From sequence record NZ_LR134467.1: a stretch of DNA of 64,000 bases; one strand, given 5' to 3'. Source of the stretch: a plasmid. How positions within the stretch are numbered: the stretch's first letter is position 1; every line of letters begins with the position of its first letter. Positions 8,847 through 18,287 of the stretch are shown here, piece by piece. Position numbers and translations under genes: made by a program. A model generated the notes under the pieces. The model made no database searches and was not told the DNA's origin. It saw only the letters and a program-made list of their open reading frames with translations.

Positions 8847-10129
8847 ATGACCATGAAGCTGACCCGCCCGCTCCGCGCGGCGGCCCGTTCGGCGTGGGCC
8901 CTCACGGGCACCGCGCTGCTCGCCGTGCTGATCGCGCTCGTCGCGGGCGGCGCCACCTTCCTCATCGCCGCGGGGACGACTCCGCCCGCGCCGGCCCAGG
9001 AGCGGGAGAACGCCGAGAACACGCGCGTCGCCCTCAAAGCCGCCGACGAGTCGCGCGCGCTCTTCGGCCTACTGTCCAACGCCGTGGTCTCCGCCGGGAA
9101 CGGCCTGAACACCTCGGCCGGCTCGGTCCCGCAGATCTTCGACAGCGTCGACACCGCCAAAACCGGTGCCGAACAGCTGGTCTCGGGCCTCGACGAGGCG
9201 TCCTCGCTCTCCGCCGCGCTGGGCCAGGTGAACCGGGCGACCGCCACGCTCACCGGCGCCCTCGAGCGCACGCAGGGACTGCAGCAGGTGGCGGCGGGCA
9301 CCCGCGCGGCGCTCGTGGCACTGCGCGGACGGCTGATCGAGCACCCGTCGCCCGGATCGGCCGAGGCCGTCGCGCAGCTCGACCGCGCGCTCGCCGGCTC
9401 GAAGGGCGTGGGCGCGCTCGACGACGTGGCCGGGATGCGGAGCACGCTCTCGACCATGACGAGCAGCCTGAGCAGCGCGTCCGCCAACGCCGACGCCTCG
9501 CTCACCTCCGCCCGCAGCGCCGCCCGGCAACTGCGCGACGGGCTGACCAAGCTGGCCTCGGCGCGCAAGGACGTCAACGCCTCCGTCACCAACCTGACCA
9601 CCGGTGTGGGACAGCTGAAGACGGCGCTCGGCGCCATCGACGGCCAGCTCGCCCTCACGCAGACCCGGCTGCGGTCCGTGACCAGCGCGCCCGCCCCGGC
9701 GCCGGACCCCGGCATCGCGCGGCCACTCGCCTGGGCGCTCGTCGTGGGCGGCGCGGCGGGCACCGTCACCTACCTGGCCGCACTCGCGGTCGCCCATCGT
9801 CTGCGCCGCCGGGAGGCGGTCGCCGTGGAGGCGGCGGAGGCCGTCGAAGCCGCGACCGCGGACCTGGCCGAGTCCGATGAGGCCGCCACCGAGGCCACCC
9901 CCGCCGAGGAGGTTCCCGCCGCGGGGCACCACCGGGTTCTGCCGCCGGCCGACGAGGCCGCGGGGACGCCCTCGCGGAGCCCGCCGCGGAGGAGGCACCC
10001 GAGGATTCCGAGGGCACGGCGCTCACGCCCGGGAAGCGGGCGAAGCACCGGCGCAACCGGTTCCGGCCCGCCCCGGCGCCGGACACCAACCCGTACCTCT
10101 CGGTGGCCTTCTCGGGCAGCGCGGGCTGA
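8847..10129 (+). CDS. membrane-anchored coiled-coil protein with YhgE/Pip-like Leu/Gly heptad repeats and acidic C-terminal tail; reading frame interrupted near 9962
   Basis: N-terminal TM, about 250 aa Ala/Leu/Ser/Thr/Gln-rich helical repeats, second TM, acidic tail. The frame that ends cleanly at 10129 (just before imuB) is only reached after a +1 shift at a GGGG run (9962-9965). Confidence 0.5.
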
Positions 10130-10143
10130 GCCGGTCGGCTCCT

Positions 10144-11736
10144 CTACTCGTACACGCCCTCCACCTCCCAGCCCCCGGCGTACTGCAGTAGCAGGGCCCG
10201 GCCGTCGTCGCGGCCCGGCGCGGGCTCGAGCAGCACCTGGGCGCGGGCCCGGGGCTCGGTGGCACCGTCGGCGGCCCACCACCGCTCGTCGACCAGCCAC
10301 GGCCCCGCCCACCAGCGCAGCGACCAGTCGCGCGAGCCCCACACCAGGTGCGTGGGCTCACCCGTGAAGGCGCCGCGCTCGGTGACCCGCACGGCGGCGC
10401 CCGCGGCATCGGTCATCGTGACCGCGGCGCCCGTGACCAGAACCGACGGTGCCGGCTCCGGCATCCGCCCGGGCCACGGCGCGGCCGGATCGCGCTCCGG
10501 GACCACCTCGTCGCCCAGCGGCACCCAGGTGACCCGCTCGGCCGGGCCGCGACCGCCGCTGCGCACCCCCATCCGCACCGCCTCGCCGCCGAGCAGGCCC
10601 TGCACCCGGACCAGGGCGCGGCGGAACCGGGCGGCACCGTCGGCCTCGTCGCCCCACATGCCCGCCTGCAGCGCGCCGGCGTCGACCACCTCGACGGGTT
10701 CGAGCCGCAGCAGGGAGATCGGGGCGCCCGGGCCGCCGTCCCCGTCCCGCTTCGCGGACCGGCCGCCGGTGAGCCAGCCGTCGATCTGCCAGCGCACGCG
10801 GTCGGCCGTGCCGTCCGGGGTGAGCGGCTCGGCGCAGCGCCAGATGCGGCTGTGCCGTTCGCCGTTCTCGGCGATCGCGGAGACCTCCAGGCGCAGGCAC
10901 GCGACGCCGGCCGCGGACAGCTTGCCGTGCAGCTCCGCGGCCAGGGCGCGGCCGGCGAAGGCCGCCGCGTCGACCCGGTCGATCGGCGGGTCGGGCCGCA
11001 GCTCCACCTCCAGCCCGGGCGGCAGGGCCGCGGTGGACGGCGGCCGGTCCGGCACCGCGCGGGCCTGCCGGTGCGCGGCGATCGCGTCGGTCCCGAAACG
11101 GGTGGCCACATCGGTCGCGGAGAGCGCCGCGAAGGCGCCGACGGTGCGCAGCCCCAGCCGGCGCAGCAGGTCGAGGAGCTCGGTGCGGTCGCCGCCCGCG
11201 AGCGCGGGTTCGGCCCCCAGCTGGGCGATGGGCAGCGGGGCGAGGAAGGTCGCCGACTCCCCCGGCGGGACGACGGTGCCGCGGCGGGCCGCCAGGGCCG
11301 CGGTGAAGACCTCGTCGGCGATGCCGGCGAGCGACTCCGCGCCCACGGAGGAGGCCGCGTCCACCAGGCGCTCGGCGGCCTGCTCCTCGCCGCCGAAGAA
11401 GCGCGCCGCGCCGCGCGCCGGGATCACCACGAGCCCCGGGCGCAGCACCTCGATGAGCGGGATCAGGGCGGCCACCGCGCCGGCCACGGGCTCGAAGAGC
11501 CGCGCGTCCCGGCCCTCGTCGGCCTGGGCGACGTGCAGTCCCGGGCAGCGGGCCTGGGATTCGCGGCGCTTCATGCCGCGGCGCACACCGTCGGCCCGGG
11601 CGGGGGCGTTGCAGGCGACGACCCGGTTGCCGTGCAGGACGGCGACGGGGCGGTCGGGCGGCAGGTCCGCGTCCGCCGCCGCGGCGGCCGCCGGCCAGTC
11701 CGGGCACCACAGCGCGAGGATACGCTGCGCGGTCAC
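10144..11736 (-). CDS. imuB: ImuB, Y-family polymerase-like mutasome subunit
   Basis: 530 aa. N-terminus MTAQRILALWCPDWP typical of ImuB. Overlaps the imuA' stop by 4 nt. Confidence 0.85.
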   Translation of the reverse strand: MTAQRILALWCPDWPAAAAAADADLPPDRPVAVLHGNRVVACNAPARADGVRRGMKRRESQARCPGLHVAQADEGRDARLFEPVAGAVAALIPLIEVLRPGLVVIPARGAARFFGGEEQAAERLVDAASSVGAESLAGIADEVFTAALAARRGTVVPPGESATFLAPLPIAQLGAEPALAGGDRTELLDLLRRLGLRTVGAFAALSATDVATRFGTDAIAAHRQARAVPDRPPSTAALPPGLEVELRPDPPIDRVDAAAFAGRALAAELHGKLSAAGVACLRLEVSAIAENGERHSRIWRCAEPLTPDGTADRVRWQIDGWLTGGRSAKRDGDGGPGAPISLLRLEPVEVVDAGALQAGMWGDEADGAARFRRALVRVQGLLGGEAVRMGVRSGGRGPAERVTWVPLGDEVVPERDPAAPWPGRMPEPAPSVLVTGAAVTMTDAAGAAVRVTERGAFTGEPTHLVWGSRDWSLRWWAGPWLVDERWWAADGATEPRARAQVLLEPAPGRDDGRALLLQYAGGWEVEGVYE

Positions 11737-12464
11737 TGCGCCGCCGCCCTTCGACGCTGCTCGGCGCCCCAGTGCTGCTCAGCGCCCCGCTGCGGGTTGA
11801 CGCAGCCGCGGCCGCGGGCGGAGAAGACCAGGTCGATCCCGCGGATCCGGCCGCGGCCCGGCCGGGTGCCGAGGCCGGTGTAGCCCTGCACGCGCGCGCC
11901 GAGGTGCAGCGCGGCGCCCTCCCACCGGCCGCCGGTGACCAGCAGTACCGAACCCCGGGAGCGGGCCCGGGCGGCGATGGCCCGGCCGCGACTGGGAGGC
12001 ACCGCGATGCCGCCCAGCTCGCACAGCACCACGTCGGCACCGTCGAGCAGGATCGAGGCGACGGCCACCGGATCCGCGAGCGGGCCGGCGATGAGCGCGA
12101 TGCGCTCCGGATCGGCCCCCTGTTCGAGTGCGGCGGCCATGCCGAAGCCGGACACGCCGCACAGCGCGACCCGCGCCCCGGCCCGCGAGACGCCGGCCAC
12201 CAGCGAGACCGCGAGCGAGCCGGCGCCCGCGACCTCCGCGACCGTGCCGCGGGGCAGGCCGCCGCCCGGCAGCAGCCGGGCGAGTTCCTCGTGCACCGGG
12301 AGCACGCCCATGCCGAGCTGCGCCGACTCATCCTGCAGCGGCGCCTCCACGGGCGCCCGCGCCTTCGCCGGACGATGCCTCTCCGGCAGCGCCGCGAGCC
12401 GCTTGCGCAGCTCCGCGAGCTTCTCCTCGCGGCCCCCGGCCAATGCCTGAACACGTGCGGACAT
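11733..12464 (-). CDS. imuA': ImuA' (RecA/SulA-like mutasome subunit)
   Basis: 243 aa. Degenerate RecA-fold motifs (GTVAEVAGAGSLAVSLVAG). Position directly upstream of imuB with ATGA overlap. SOS box upstream. Confidence 0.8.
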   Translation of the reverse strand: MSARVQALAGGREEKLAELRKRLAALPERHRPAKARAPVEAPLQDESAQLGMGVLPVHEELARLLPGGGLPRGTVAEVAGAGSLAVSLVAGVSRAGARVALCGVSGFGMAAALEQGADPERIALIAGPLADPVAVASILLDGADVVLCELGGIAVPPSRGRAIAARARSRGSVLLVTGGRWEGAALHLGARVQGYTGLGTRPGRGRIRGIDLVFSARGRGCVNPQRGAEQHWGAEQRRRAAAQ

Positions 12465-12540
12465 GTGTCACACCCCTCCCCTACCTTCGGATCCCGCGTC
12501 ACCGATCAGTGCGGAAGCCGAGCCACGGGGAAGACATGAC

Positions 12541-12556
12541 TAGAACTTCTGTTCGA
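12541..12556. promoter_or_regulatory. LexA (SOS) box TAGAAC-TTCT-GTTCGA
   Basis: 11/12 match to the actinobacterial consensus TCGAAC-N4-GTTCGA, 77-92 nt upstream of the imuA' start. Confidence 0.7.
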
Positions 12557-12700
12557 TCTGATCTCAGCGTAGATCCGCGATCCGAACGGCGTCAAGCGCC
12601 GAGGTAGGAGAGGTTCCGAACGGGGATGCGGGCAACGCATCACATGATCGCCGCAGGTCAGGGGCAACGTCGGCGGCACGGGCGTCAGCCCGGACAGAAC

Positions 12701-12736
12701 GACGGCGGACCGCCCCGTCGGGGGCGATCCGCCGTC
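12701..12736 (-). terminator. GC-rich hairpin downstream of permease gene
   Basis: Inverted repeat GACGGCGGACCGCCCC / GGGGCGATCCGCCGTC (one mismatch) right after the permease stop. Confidence 0.4.
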
Positions 12737-12753
12737 ATCGAGCGAGCGGGAGA

Positions 12754-14259
12754 TCAGCCCACGCGGTTCGGATCGTGGTGCGCGGAGGCCGCCGCGACGG
12801 GCGACAGGTCCGCGGTCTTCGGGTCGACGGTGGGCGTCTTGGTGATCAGCTTGTGTCCCCACCACAGCCCCAGGAACAGGATCAGCGCGGCGTACGTGGT
12901 GAGCAGCAGACTGACGCTGCCTCCCGTGTCGGAATCGGTGACCGCGACGTAGTACTGCCCCGCGACGACCGCGACACACATGAGGAGCGCCACGATCGGA
13001 CCCGCGGGGTACAGCCACGCCTTGTAGGGCAGCTCGTCGAGCGAGCGCCCCTGCGCGTTCCACGCCCGGCGGAACTTGTAGTGCGCCCACGCGATCCCGA
13101 TCCAGGTCACGAACCCGGCCACGGACGAGGCCGCGACCAGCACCGTGTACGCGGCACCATCGCCCTTCGGGCCGGCGAGGAAGCACAGGCACCCGATCAC
13201 GGTGGTCGCCGCCGTGGCGGCGATGGGAACGCCGGCCTTGGTCACCTTGGCGAAGATCTTCGGCGCGTTGCCCTCCACCCCCAGGCCGTACAGCGCGCGC
13301 GTGGCGGCGAACAGGCTGGCGTTGCCGGCGGAGAGGATGGCGATGAGGATGACCGCGTTCATGATCGACGCCGCGGCATCGATGCCCGCGAGCTTGAAGA
13401 CCAGCGTGAACGGCGCCACCGCGACGTTCTCCGCCGAGGCGTCCAGGAGCTCGGGGCTGGTGTACGGGATGAGGAAGGCGATGATCGTCAGCGTGCCGAT
13501 GTAGAAGACCAGGATCCGGAAGAAGACGGTGCGCACCGCGCGCGGGATGGCGCTCTTCGGCTCGATGGCCTCGCCCGCCGCGACCGCGATCATCTCCGTG
13601 CCCTGGAAGGCGAAGCCCGCGATGAGGAAGACCGAGAGCATGCCCAGCGGCCAGTCCACGAAGGGCGCGTCGCCGATGGTCCAGTTGGAGAAGCCGGGAG
13701 ACGGGCCGTCGCCGACCACGCCCAGCACCATGAGCACGCCGACGATGAGGAAGATCACCACGGCGATCACCTTGATCGACGCGAACCAGAACTCGGCCTC
13801 GCCGAAGGCCTTCACCGCGAACAGGTTCAGGGCCAACAGGCCGGCGAGGAAGATCACCGACCAGATCCAGGTGGGCACGTCGGGCAGCCAGAACTTCATG
13901 ATCAGGCCGGCCGCCACCACCTCCGCGGCCAGCGTGATCGACCAGTTGAACCAGTAGTTCCACCCGGCGGCGAAGCCGAAGGACTTACTGACGAACCGGC
14001 TGCCGTACTCCTCGAACGGATTACTGCACGGCATGTACGCCGACATCTCGCCGAGGCTCTGCATGAGGAAGAAGACCATGACGCCCATGAGCGCGTACGC
14101 CAGGAGGGCGCCACCGGGGCCGGCCTGGCTGATCGTGGCGCCGGACGCCACGAACAGGCCGGTGCCGATCGCGCCGCCGAGCGCGAGCATGCTGATGTGG
14201 CGACTCTGCAGTCCTTGGCGGAGGGAGTCATCGGGGGTGATTCCAAGAGGGCTGGACAC
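12754..14259 (-). CDS. APC-family amino acid permease
   Basis: 501 aa, 12 TM. Amino-acid permease signature (GTGLFVASGATISQAGPGGALLAYALMG). Confidence 0.85.
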   Translation of the reverse strand: MSSPLGITPDDSLRQGLQSRHISMLALGGAIGTGLFVASGATISQAGPGGALLAYALMGVMVFFLMQSLGEMSAYMPCSNPFEEYGSRFVSKSFGFAAGWNYWFNWSITLAAEVVAAGLIMKFWLPDVPTWIWSVIFLAGLLALNLFAVKAFGEAEFWFASIKVIAVVIFLIVGVLMVLGVVGDGPSPGFSNWTIGDAPFVDWPLGMLSVFLIAGFAFQGTEMIAVAAGEAIEPKSAIPRAVRTVFFRILVFYIGTLTIIAFLIPYTSPELLDASAENVAVAPFTLVFKLAGIDAAASIMNAVILIAILSAGNASLFAATRALYGLGVEGNAPKIFAKVTKAGVPIAATAATTVIGCLCFLAGPKGDGAAYTVLVAASSVAGFVTWIGIAWAHYKFRRAWNAQGRSLDELPYKAWLYPAGPIVALLMCVAVVAGQYYVAVTDSDTGGSVSLLLTTYAALILFLGLWWGHKLITKTPTVDPKTADLSPVAAASAHHDPNRVG

Positions 14260-14309
14260 CCGATGAGAGTAGCGACCCCGACACCACTCCGGTTAGCATT
14301 CGCAGCGTC

Positions 14310-14858
14310 ATGTTCTCCTACGACACCCGATCCGCCCTCGCGAGCGCCGCCGATCTGGTCAACACCGCCCCGGACGCGCGCACGGAGCGCCCCGAGCGCC
14401 TGCCCGACGTCGCCGCGCTCCGCGCCTTCGTGGAGCGCTGGGGCTGGACCGGCCCCATCCCGCTGCGCGACGACGAGCTGGATCGCGTGCACGCCGTGCG
14501 CCGCGTCCTGCGCGGCCTGTGGGACCTCGCGGGCGACGAGGCCGGCACCGTCGACCTGGTGAACCGGATGCTGCGCGACGCGGCGGTCCTGCCCCAGCTC
14601 GTGCGGCACGACGACTGGCCGTACCACCTGCACGGCTGGAACGACGCGACGCCCATCGCGGAGCGCTTCCTCGCCGAGCCCGCGATGGGCATGGTCGACG
14701 TGGTCCGCGCGGGTGCCCTCGACCGGCTGCGCCGGTGCGCCGCGCCGGACTGCGCCGGGGTGCTCGTGGACTTCAGCCGCAACAGCTCCCGCCGCTTCTG
14801 CGACGACGGATGCAACAACCGCCTGAACGTGGCCGCGTACCGCGCGCGCCGGGCCTGA
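14310..14858 (+). CDS. ABATE/CGNR zinc-finger domain protein
   Basis: C-terminal CxxC..CGNR motif (RCAAPDCAGVLVDFSRNSSRRFCDDGCNNRLNVAAYRAR). Confidence 0.8.
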   Translation: MFSYDTRSALASAADLVNTAPDARTERPERLPDVAALRAFVERWGWTGPIPLRDDELDRVHAVRRVLRGLWDLAGDEAGTVDLVNRMLRDAAVLPQLVRHDDWPYHLHGWNDATPIAERFLAEPAMGMVDVVRAGALDRLRRCAAPDCAGVLVDFSRNSSRRFCDDGCNNRLNVAAYRARRA

Positions 14859-14875
14859 CCCTTAGGATCAACGGC

Positions 14876-16057
14876 GTGGCGGAATCGACGGGTGCGGGCG
14901 GAGCGATCAGGGGCGTTCCCGGGCCCGATTACCTGGTCGCCGGGCGTTACCGCCTGACCTCCAAGATCGGCGGCGGCGGCATGGGCGCCGTGTGGCTCGC
15001 GCGCGACGAACGCCTGGACCGCGACGTGGCCGCCAAGCAGGTCATCTCCACCGAGGGCCTCACCCAGGAGGAGGCCGACGAGCTGCGTCGGCGCGCCCTG
15101 CACGAGGGCCGGCTCGCGGCCCGGCTGCAGCACCGCAACGCCGTCGCGATGTACGACGTGGCCCTCGACCGCGGCGAGCCCTGGCTGGTGATGGAGTACC
15201 TGCCCTCGCGCTCGCTCGCGCAGGTGCTGCACATGACCGGGTCCATGCCCGAGCGGCAGGTCGCGCAGATCGGCGCGCAGATGGCCGACGCCCTCATCGA
15301 GGCCCACGAGTCGGGGATCATCCACCGCGACATCAAGCCCGGCAACATCCTCATCGCGAACCGGGGCCGCGCGTCCGGCACCGTCAAGCTCTCGGACTTC
15401 GGCATCGCGCGGGCCAAGGGCGACGATGCCGGGCCCACCGGGATCATCACCGGCACGCCCGCCTACTTCGCGCCCGAGGTCGCCCGCGGCACCGAGCCCT
15501 CCGAGGCCTCCGACCTGTACTCGCTGGGCGCCACGCTGTACACCGCGCTCGAGGGTGCGCCGCCGTTCGGCGTCGACGAGGACTCGATCGCGCTGCTGCA
15601 CAAAGTCGCGCTGGGACAGATCAATCCGCCGAAGAACGACGGTCCGCTGATCCGCGTGATCCTGGACATGCTGCAGCCGAGCCCGAAGCGACGTCCCTCG
15701 CTCACCGACGCCCGGGACCGGCTCGCCGCGGTCGCGGCGGGCGGCGGCAACCCCGCCGCGATCCTCACCGCCCCGCTGCAGGCGACCGAGGGCGCGCCCG
15801 CGGTGTGGCTGCGGCGCACCGCCGGGGAACGCTCGTCGAGCGCCTCCGGGGATCGTGCGGCGACGGCGCGCACGGCATCGTCGGGCCCGATCGAGCGCAA
15901 GCGGCCCATCCCGCCCGCACCACGGCCCAGCACCTACGTGCCGCCGCCCGTGGCGCCGCCGTCGGGGATGTCGAACACCGTGCTCGCGGTGTGGATCATC
16001 GGCGGCTTCATCGTGCTCGCCGCGATCATCGCCGGCGTCATCATCGCGCTGGGCTGA
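14876..16057 (+). CDS. Ser/Thr protein kinase, C-terminally membrane-anchored
   Basis: Hanks kinase motifs (GGGGMGAVW, VAAK, HRDIKPGNIL, DFG, GTPAYFAPE). Single C-terminal TM (VLAVWIIGGFIVLAAIIAGVIIALG) ends the protein. GTG start chosen; upstream in-frame ORF overlaps the CGNR gene. Confidence 0.8.
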   Translation: MAESTGAGGAIRGVPGPDYLVAGRYRLTSKIGGGGMGAVWLARDERLDRDVAAKQVISTEGLTQEEADELRRRALHEGRLAARLQHRNAVAMYDVALDRGEPWLVMEYLPSRSLAQVLHMTGSMPERQVAQIGAQMADALIEAHESGIIHRDIKPGNILIANRGRASGTVKLSDFGIARAKGDDAGPTGIITGTPAYFAPEVARGTEPSEASDLYSLGATLYTALEGAPPFGVDEDSIALLHKVALGQINPPKNDGPLIRVILDMLQPSPKRRPSLTDARDRLAAVAAGGGNPAAILTAPLQATEGAPAVWLRRTAGERSSSASGDRAATARTASSGPIERKRPIPPAPRPSTYVPPPVAPPSGMSNTVLAVWIIGGFIVLAAIIAGVIIALG

Positions 16058-16069
16058 GCCCCGCTCCGG

Positions 16070-16741
16070 TCAGTCCGCGAGGTGGCGCGTGTGCGCCCAG
16101 CGTGTGAGGGCGTTGCGGTTGCTCTGCTGCGTCTTGCGGAGCACGTTCGAGGCGTGCGTCTCGACGGTCTTGACCGAGATGAACAGGTCCTCGGCGATCT
16201 CCCGGTAGGTGTAGCCGCGGGCCAGCAGGCGCAGGACCTCGAGTTCGCGCGGGGTGAGCGAGTCCAGCTCCGGGTCGAGTGCCGGCTCAGGCACGGGCGA
16301 GCGGCCCGTGAAGGAGTCCAGCACGAAGCCGGCGAGCCGCGGCGAGAAGACCGCGTCGCCCTCCGCGACGCGGCGCACCGCATCGGCCAGCTCCTCCCCC
16401 GAGATCGTCTTGGTGACGTAGCCGCGGGCGCCGGCGCGAATCGTGGCGATCACGTCCTCCGCGGCGTCGGAGACGCTGAGCGCGAGGAAGACCGGTGCCT
16501 TCTCCAGCTTCGCGCGGGGCGCGCCGTCGGTGACGCCGCGCAGCACGGCGACGCCGCCGCCGTCGGGCATGTGCACGTCCAGCAGCACCACATCGGGGCC
16601 CGTGGAGAGGATCCCCGCCACGGCCTCGCCGACGGTGCCGGCCTCGCCCACCACCTCGATGGAATCCTCACGGGCCAGTTCGGCGCGCACGCCGGACCGG
16701 AACACGCCGTGATCGTCGACCAGGAACACCCGGTAGCTCAC
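16070..16741 (-). CDS. NarL/LuxR-family response regulator
   Basis: REC domain (FLVDDH...D54-like LLDVHMPDGGG) plus LuxR HTH (LTPRELEVLRLLARGYTYREIAEDLFISVKTVETH). GTGA overlap with the kinase gene. Confidence 0.85.
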   Translation of the reverse strand: MSYRVFLVDDHGVFRSGVRAELAREDSIEVVGEAGTVGEAVAGILSTGPDVVLLDVHMPDGGGVAVLRGVTDGAPRAKLEKAPVFLALSVSDAAEDVIATIRAGARGYVTKTISGEELADAVRRVAEGDAVFSPRLAGFVLDSFTGRSPVPEPALDPELDSLTPRELEVLRLLARGYTYREIAEDLFISVKTVETHASNVLRKTQQSNRNALTRWAHTRHLAD

Positions 16742-18144
16742 GCACTCTCCTCCGCTGTCTCCGGCGCGACCGTCTCGTCGCCCTCGGCGAGCCTCGCCAT
16801 CGACAGCCGCACCTCGGTGCCCCGGCCCGGGGCGGTGCGGACCGCGACGCTGCCGCCGCGGCGCTCCATCCGGGACCGGATCGACTTGGCCAGGCCCTGC
16901 CGGTCCGACGGTACCCCGTCCGGGTCGAATCCGACGCCGCGGTCGCGGACGAAGACGGAGACCGCGGCGTCGTCGACCTCCGCGTAGGTGTCGATGCTCT
17001 CGCAGCCGGAGTGCTTGGCGGCGTTCACCATCGCCTCCTTCGCGGCGCCGAGCAGGGCGGTGAACCGGTCGTCGACGCCGAGCTCGGCGCCCTCGACGTC
17101 GCCGACGGTGATGACGTCGACCGCCACCGAGTGCGCGTCCTCGACGTCGGCCGCCGCGGCCTTGAGCGCCGCCGCGAGCGACTGGGCGGGCGCCTCGGAG
17201 CCGCCGAACAGCCACTCGCGGAGTTCGCGCTCCTGGCTGCGGGCCAGCCGCTTGACGGCGGCACCGTCGGCGGATTGCTTCTGGATGAGGGCGAGCGTCT
17301 GCAGCACGGAATCGTGCAGGTGCGAGGCGATCTCCTCGCGCTCGATCGTGCGGACCCGGGCGGCGCGCTCGGCGCCGAGGTCGCGCCACATGCGCACCCA
17401 GATCGGCACGGTGAGCAGCGCGACGCCCACCAGGGTGAGCACGACGGCGGCGAGCGCCGTCGGGAGCGCGGCCACGTCGACGCGGCCCAGGAAGACCACG
17501 GCCAGGCCGACGACCACGAGCGTGGCGCCGCCCAGCACGCGCAGCCAGGTGATGAGCCGGGAGCCGCCCGGCGTGGACGCCGGTGTCCGCGAAGCGGAAT
17601 CCGCCTCCCGCCAGACGAGGGCCGCGCCGATCCCGATGACGAGGACCGGGACCACGAAACCGGCGCTGGTGTTGCTCGCGACCGACGCGAGGGTCGCCGC
17701 GCCCACCACGCCGAGGACGGCCAGCGCGAGGCCCTGGCGGCGCTCGGCCGGGTCGGGGTGCTCGGTATCGGTGCCCGGGCGGCACATGAACCACAGCAGC
17801 GCGTACATGACCACGCCCGCGCCGAGCAGCGCGAGCAGGGTGAAGGCGATGCGGACCTTGGTGGCGTCGACGCCGAGATGGTCGGCGATGCCGCCGCACA
17901 CGCCGCCGATCACCGCGCCGCCGTTGCGGCGGTGCATCCGGGGGTACGACGGTGCCGGCGCCGGCTGCGCCGGGGGCGGTACGACGGCGGGCCGGGCGAC
18001 GGCGGGCGCGGGCGCGCGGAGATCGGCGGCCGGGCCCGGTTCGGCGCCCTGTTGCCACCCCTGCTGCCAGTTCTGCCAGCCCTGCTGCCACGCCTGCTGG
18101 CGAGCCTGGTGCCGCGCCCACCGGCGCTCTGCTCGTCTGCTCAT
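16738..18144 (-). CDS. PspC-domain sensor histidine kinase (LiaS/VraS-like HisKA_3 + HATPase)
   Basis: N-terminal PspC domain (GGVCGGIADHLGVDATKVRIAFTLLALLGAG), TM segments, H-box (REEIASHLHDSVLQTL), ATPase motifs. Start at MSRRAERR; longer ORF to 18300 is possible. Confidence 0.8.
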   Translation of the reverse strand: MSRRAERRWARHQARQQAWQQGWQNWQQGWQQGAEPGPAADLRAPAPAVARPAVVPPPAQPAPAPSYPRMHRRNGGAVIGGVCGGIADHLGVDATKVRIAFTLLALLGAGVVMYALLWFMCRPGTDTEHPDPAERRQGLALAVLGVVGAATLASVASNTSAGFVVPVLVIGIGAALVWREADSASRTPASTPGGSRLITWLRVLGGATLVVVGLAVVFLGRVDVAALPTALAAVVLTLVGVALLTVPIWVRMWRDLGAERAARVRTIEREEIASHLHDSVLQTLALIQKQSADGAAVKRLARSQERELREWLFGGSEAPAQSLAAALKAAAADVEDAHSVAVDVITVGDVEGAELGVDDRFTALLGAAKEAMVNAAKHSGCESIDTYAEVDDAAVSVFVRDRGVGFDPDGVPSDRQGLAKSIRSRMERRGGSVAVRTAPGRGTEVRLSMARLAEGDETVAPETAEESA

Positions 18145-18191
18145 GATCCCTCGATGGTGGCACGGATCCTCGCCCGCGGGTATCGGGGAAG

Positions 18192-18241
18192 CCCCTGAAA
18201 GATCACCCCTCACCCCGAGGCGCGGCGCCGCGATTTCAGGG
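18192..18241. promoter_or_regulatory. inverted repeat CCCTGAAA...TTTCAGGG in divergent promoter between the sensor-kinase gene and the PspC-protein gene
   Basis: 8-bp perfect arms separated by a GC palindrome (GCGCGGCGCCGCG). Candidate autoregulatory site. Confidence 0.35.
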
Positions 18242-18287
18242 TAGATCCCGATGGACCGGGGCGGCCGCGGCCCGCAGGATCGAAGGC

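Noticed and set aside
10358-12502. 714-aa minus-strand ORF and 513/511-aa plus ORFs across imuB/imuA'
   Set aside because: Alternative frames of real imuB/imuA' genes. Extreme Arg/Pro/Gly content, no domains.
12574-12624. Direct repeat TCCGAACGG (x2) near the imuA' SOS box as extra LexA sites
   Set aside because: Only single CGAAC half-sites without a partner GTTCG. Probably fortuitous.
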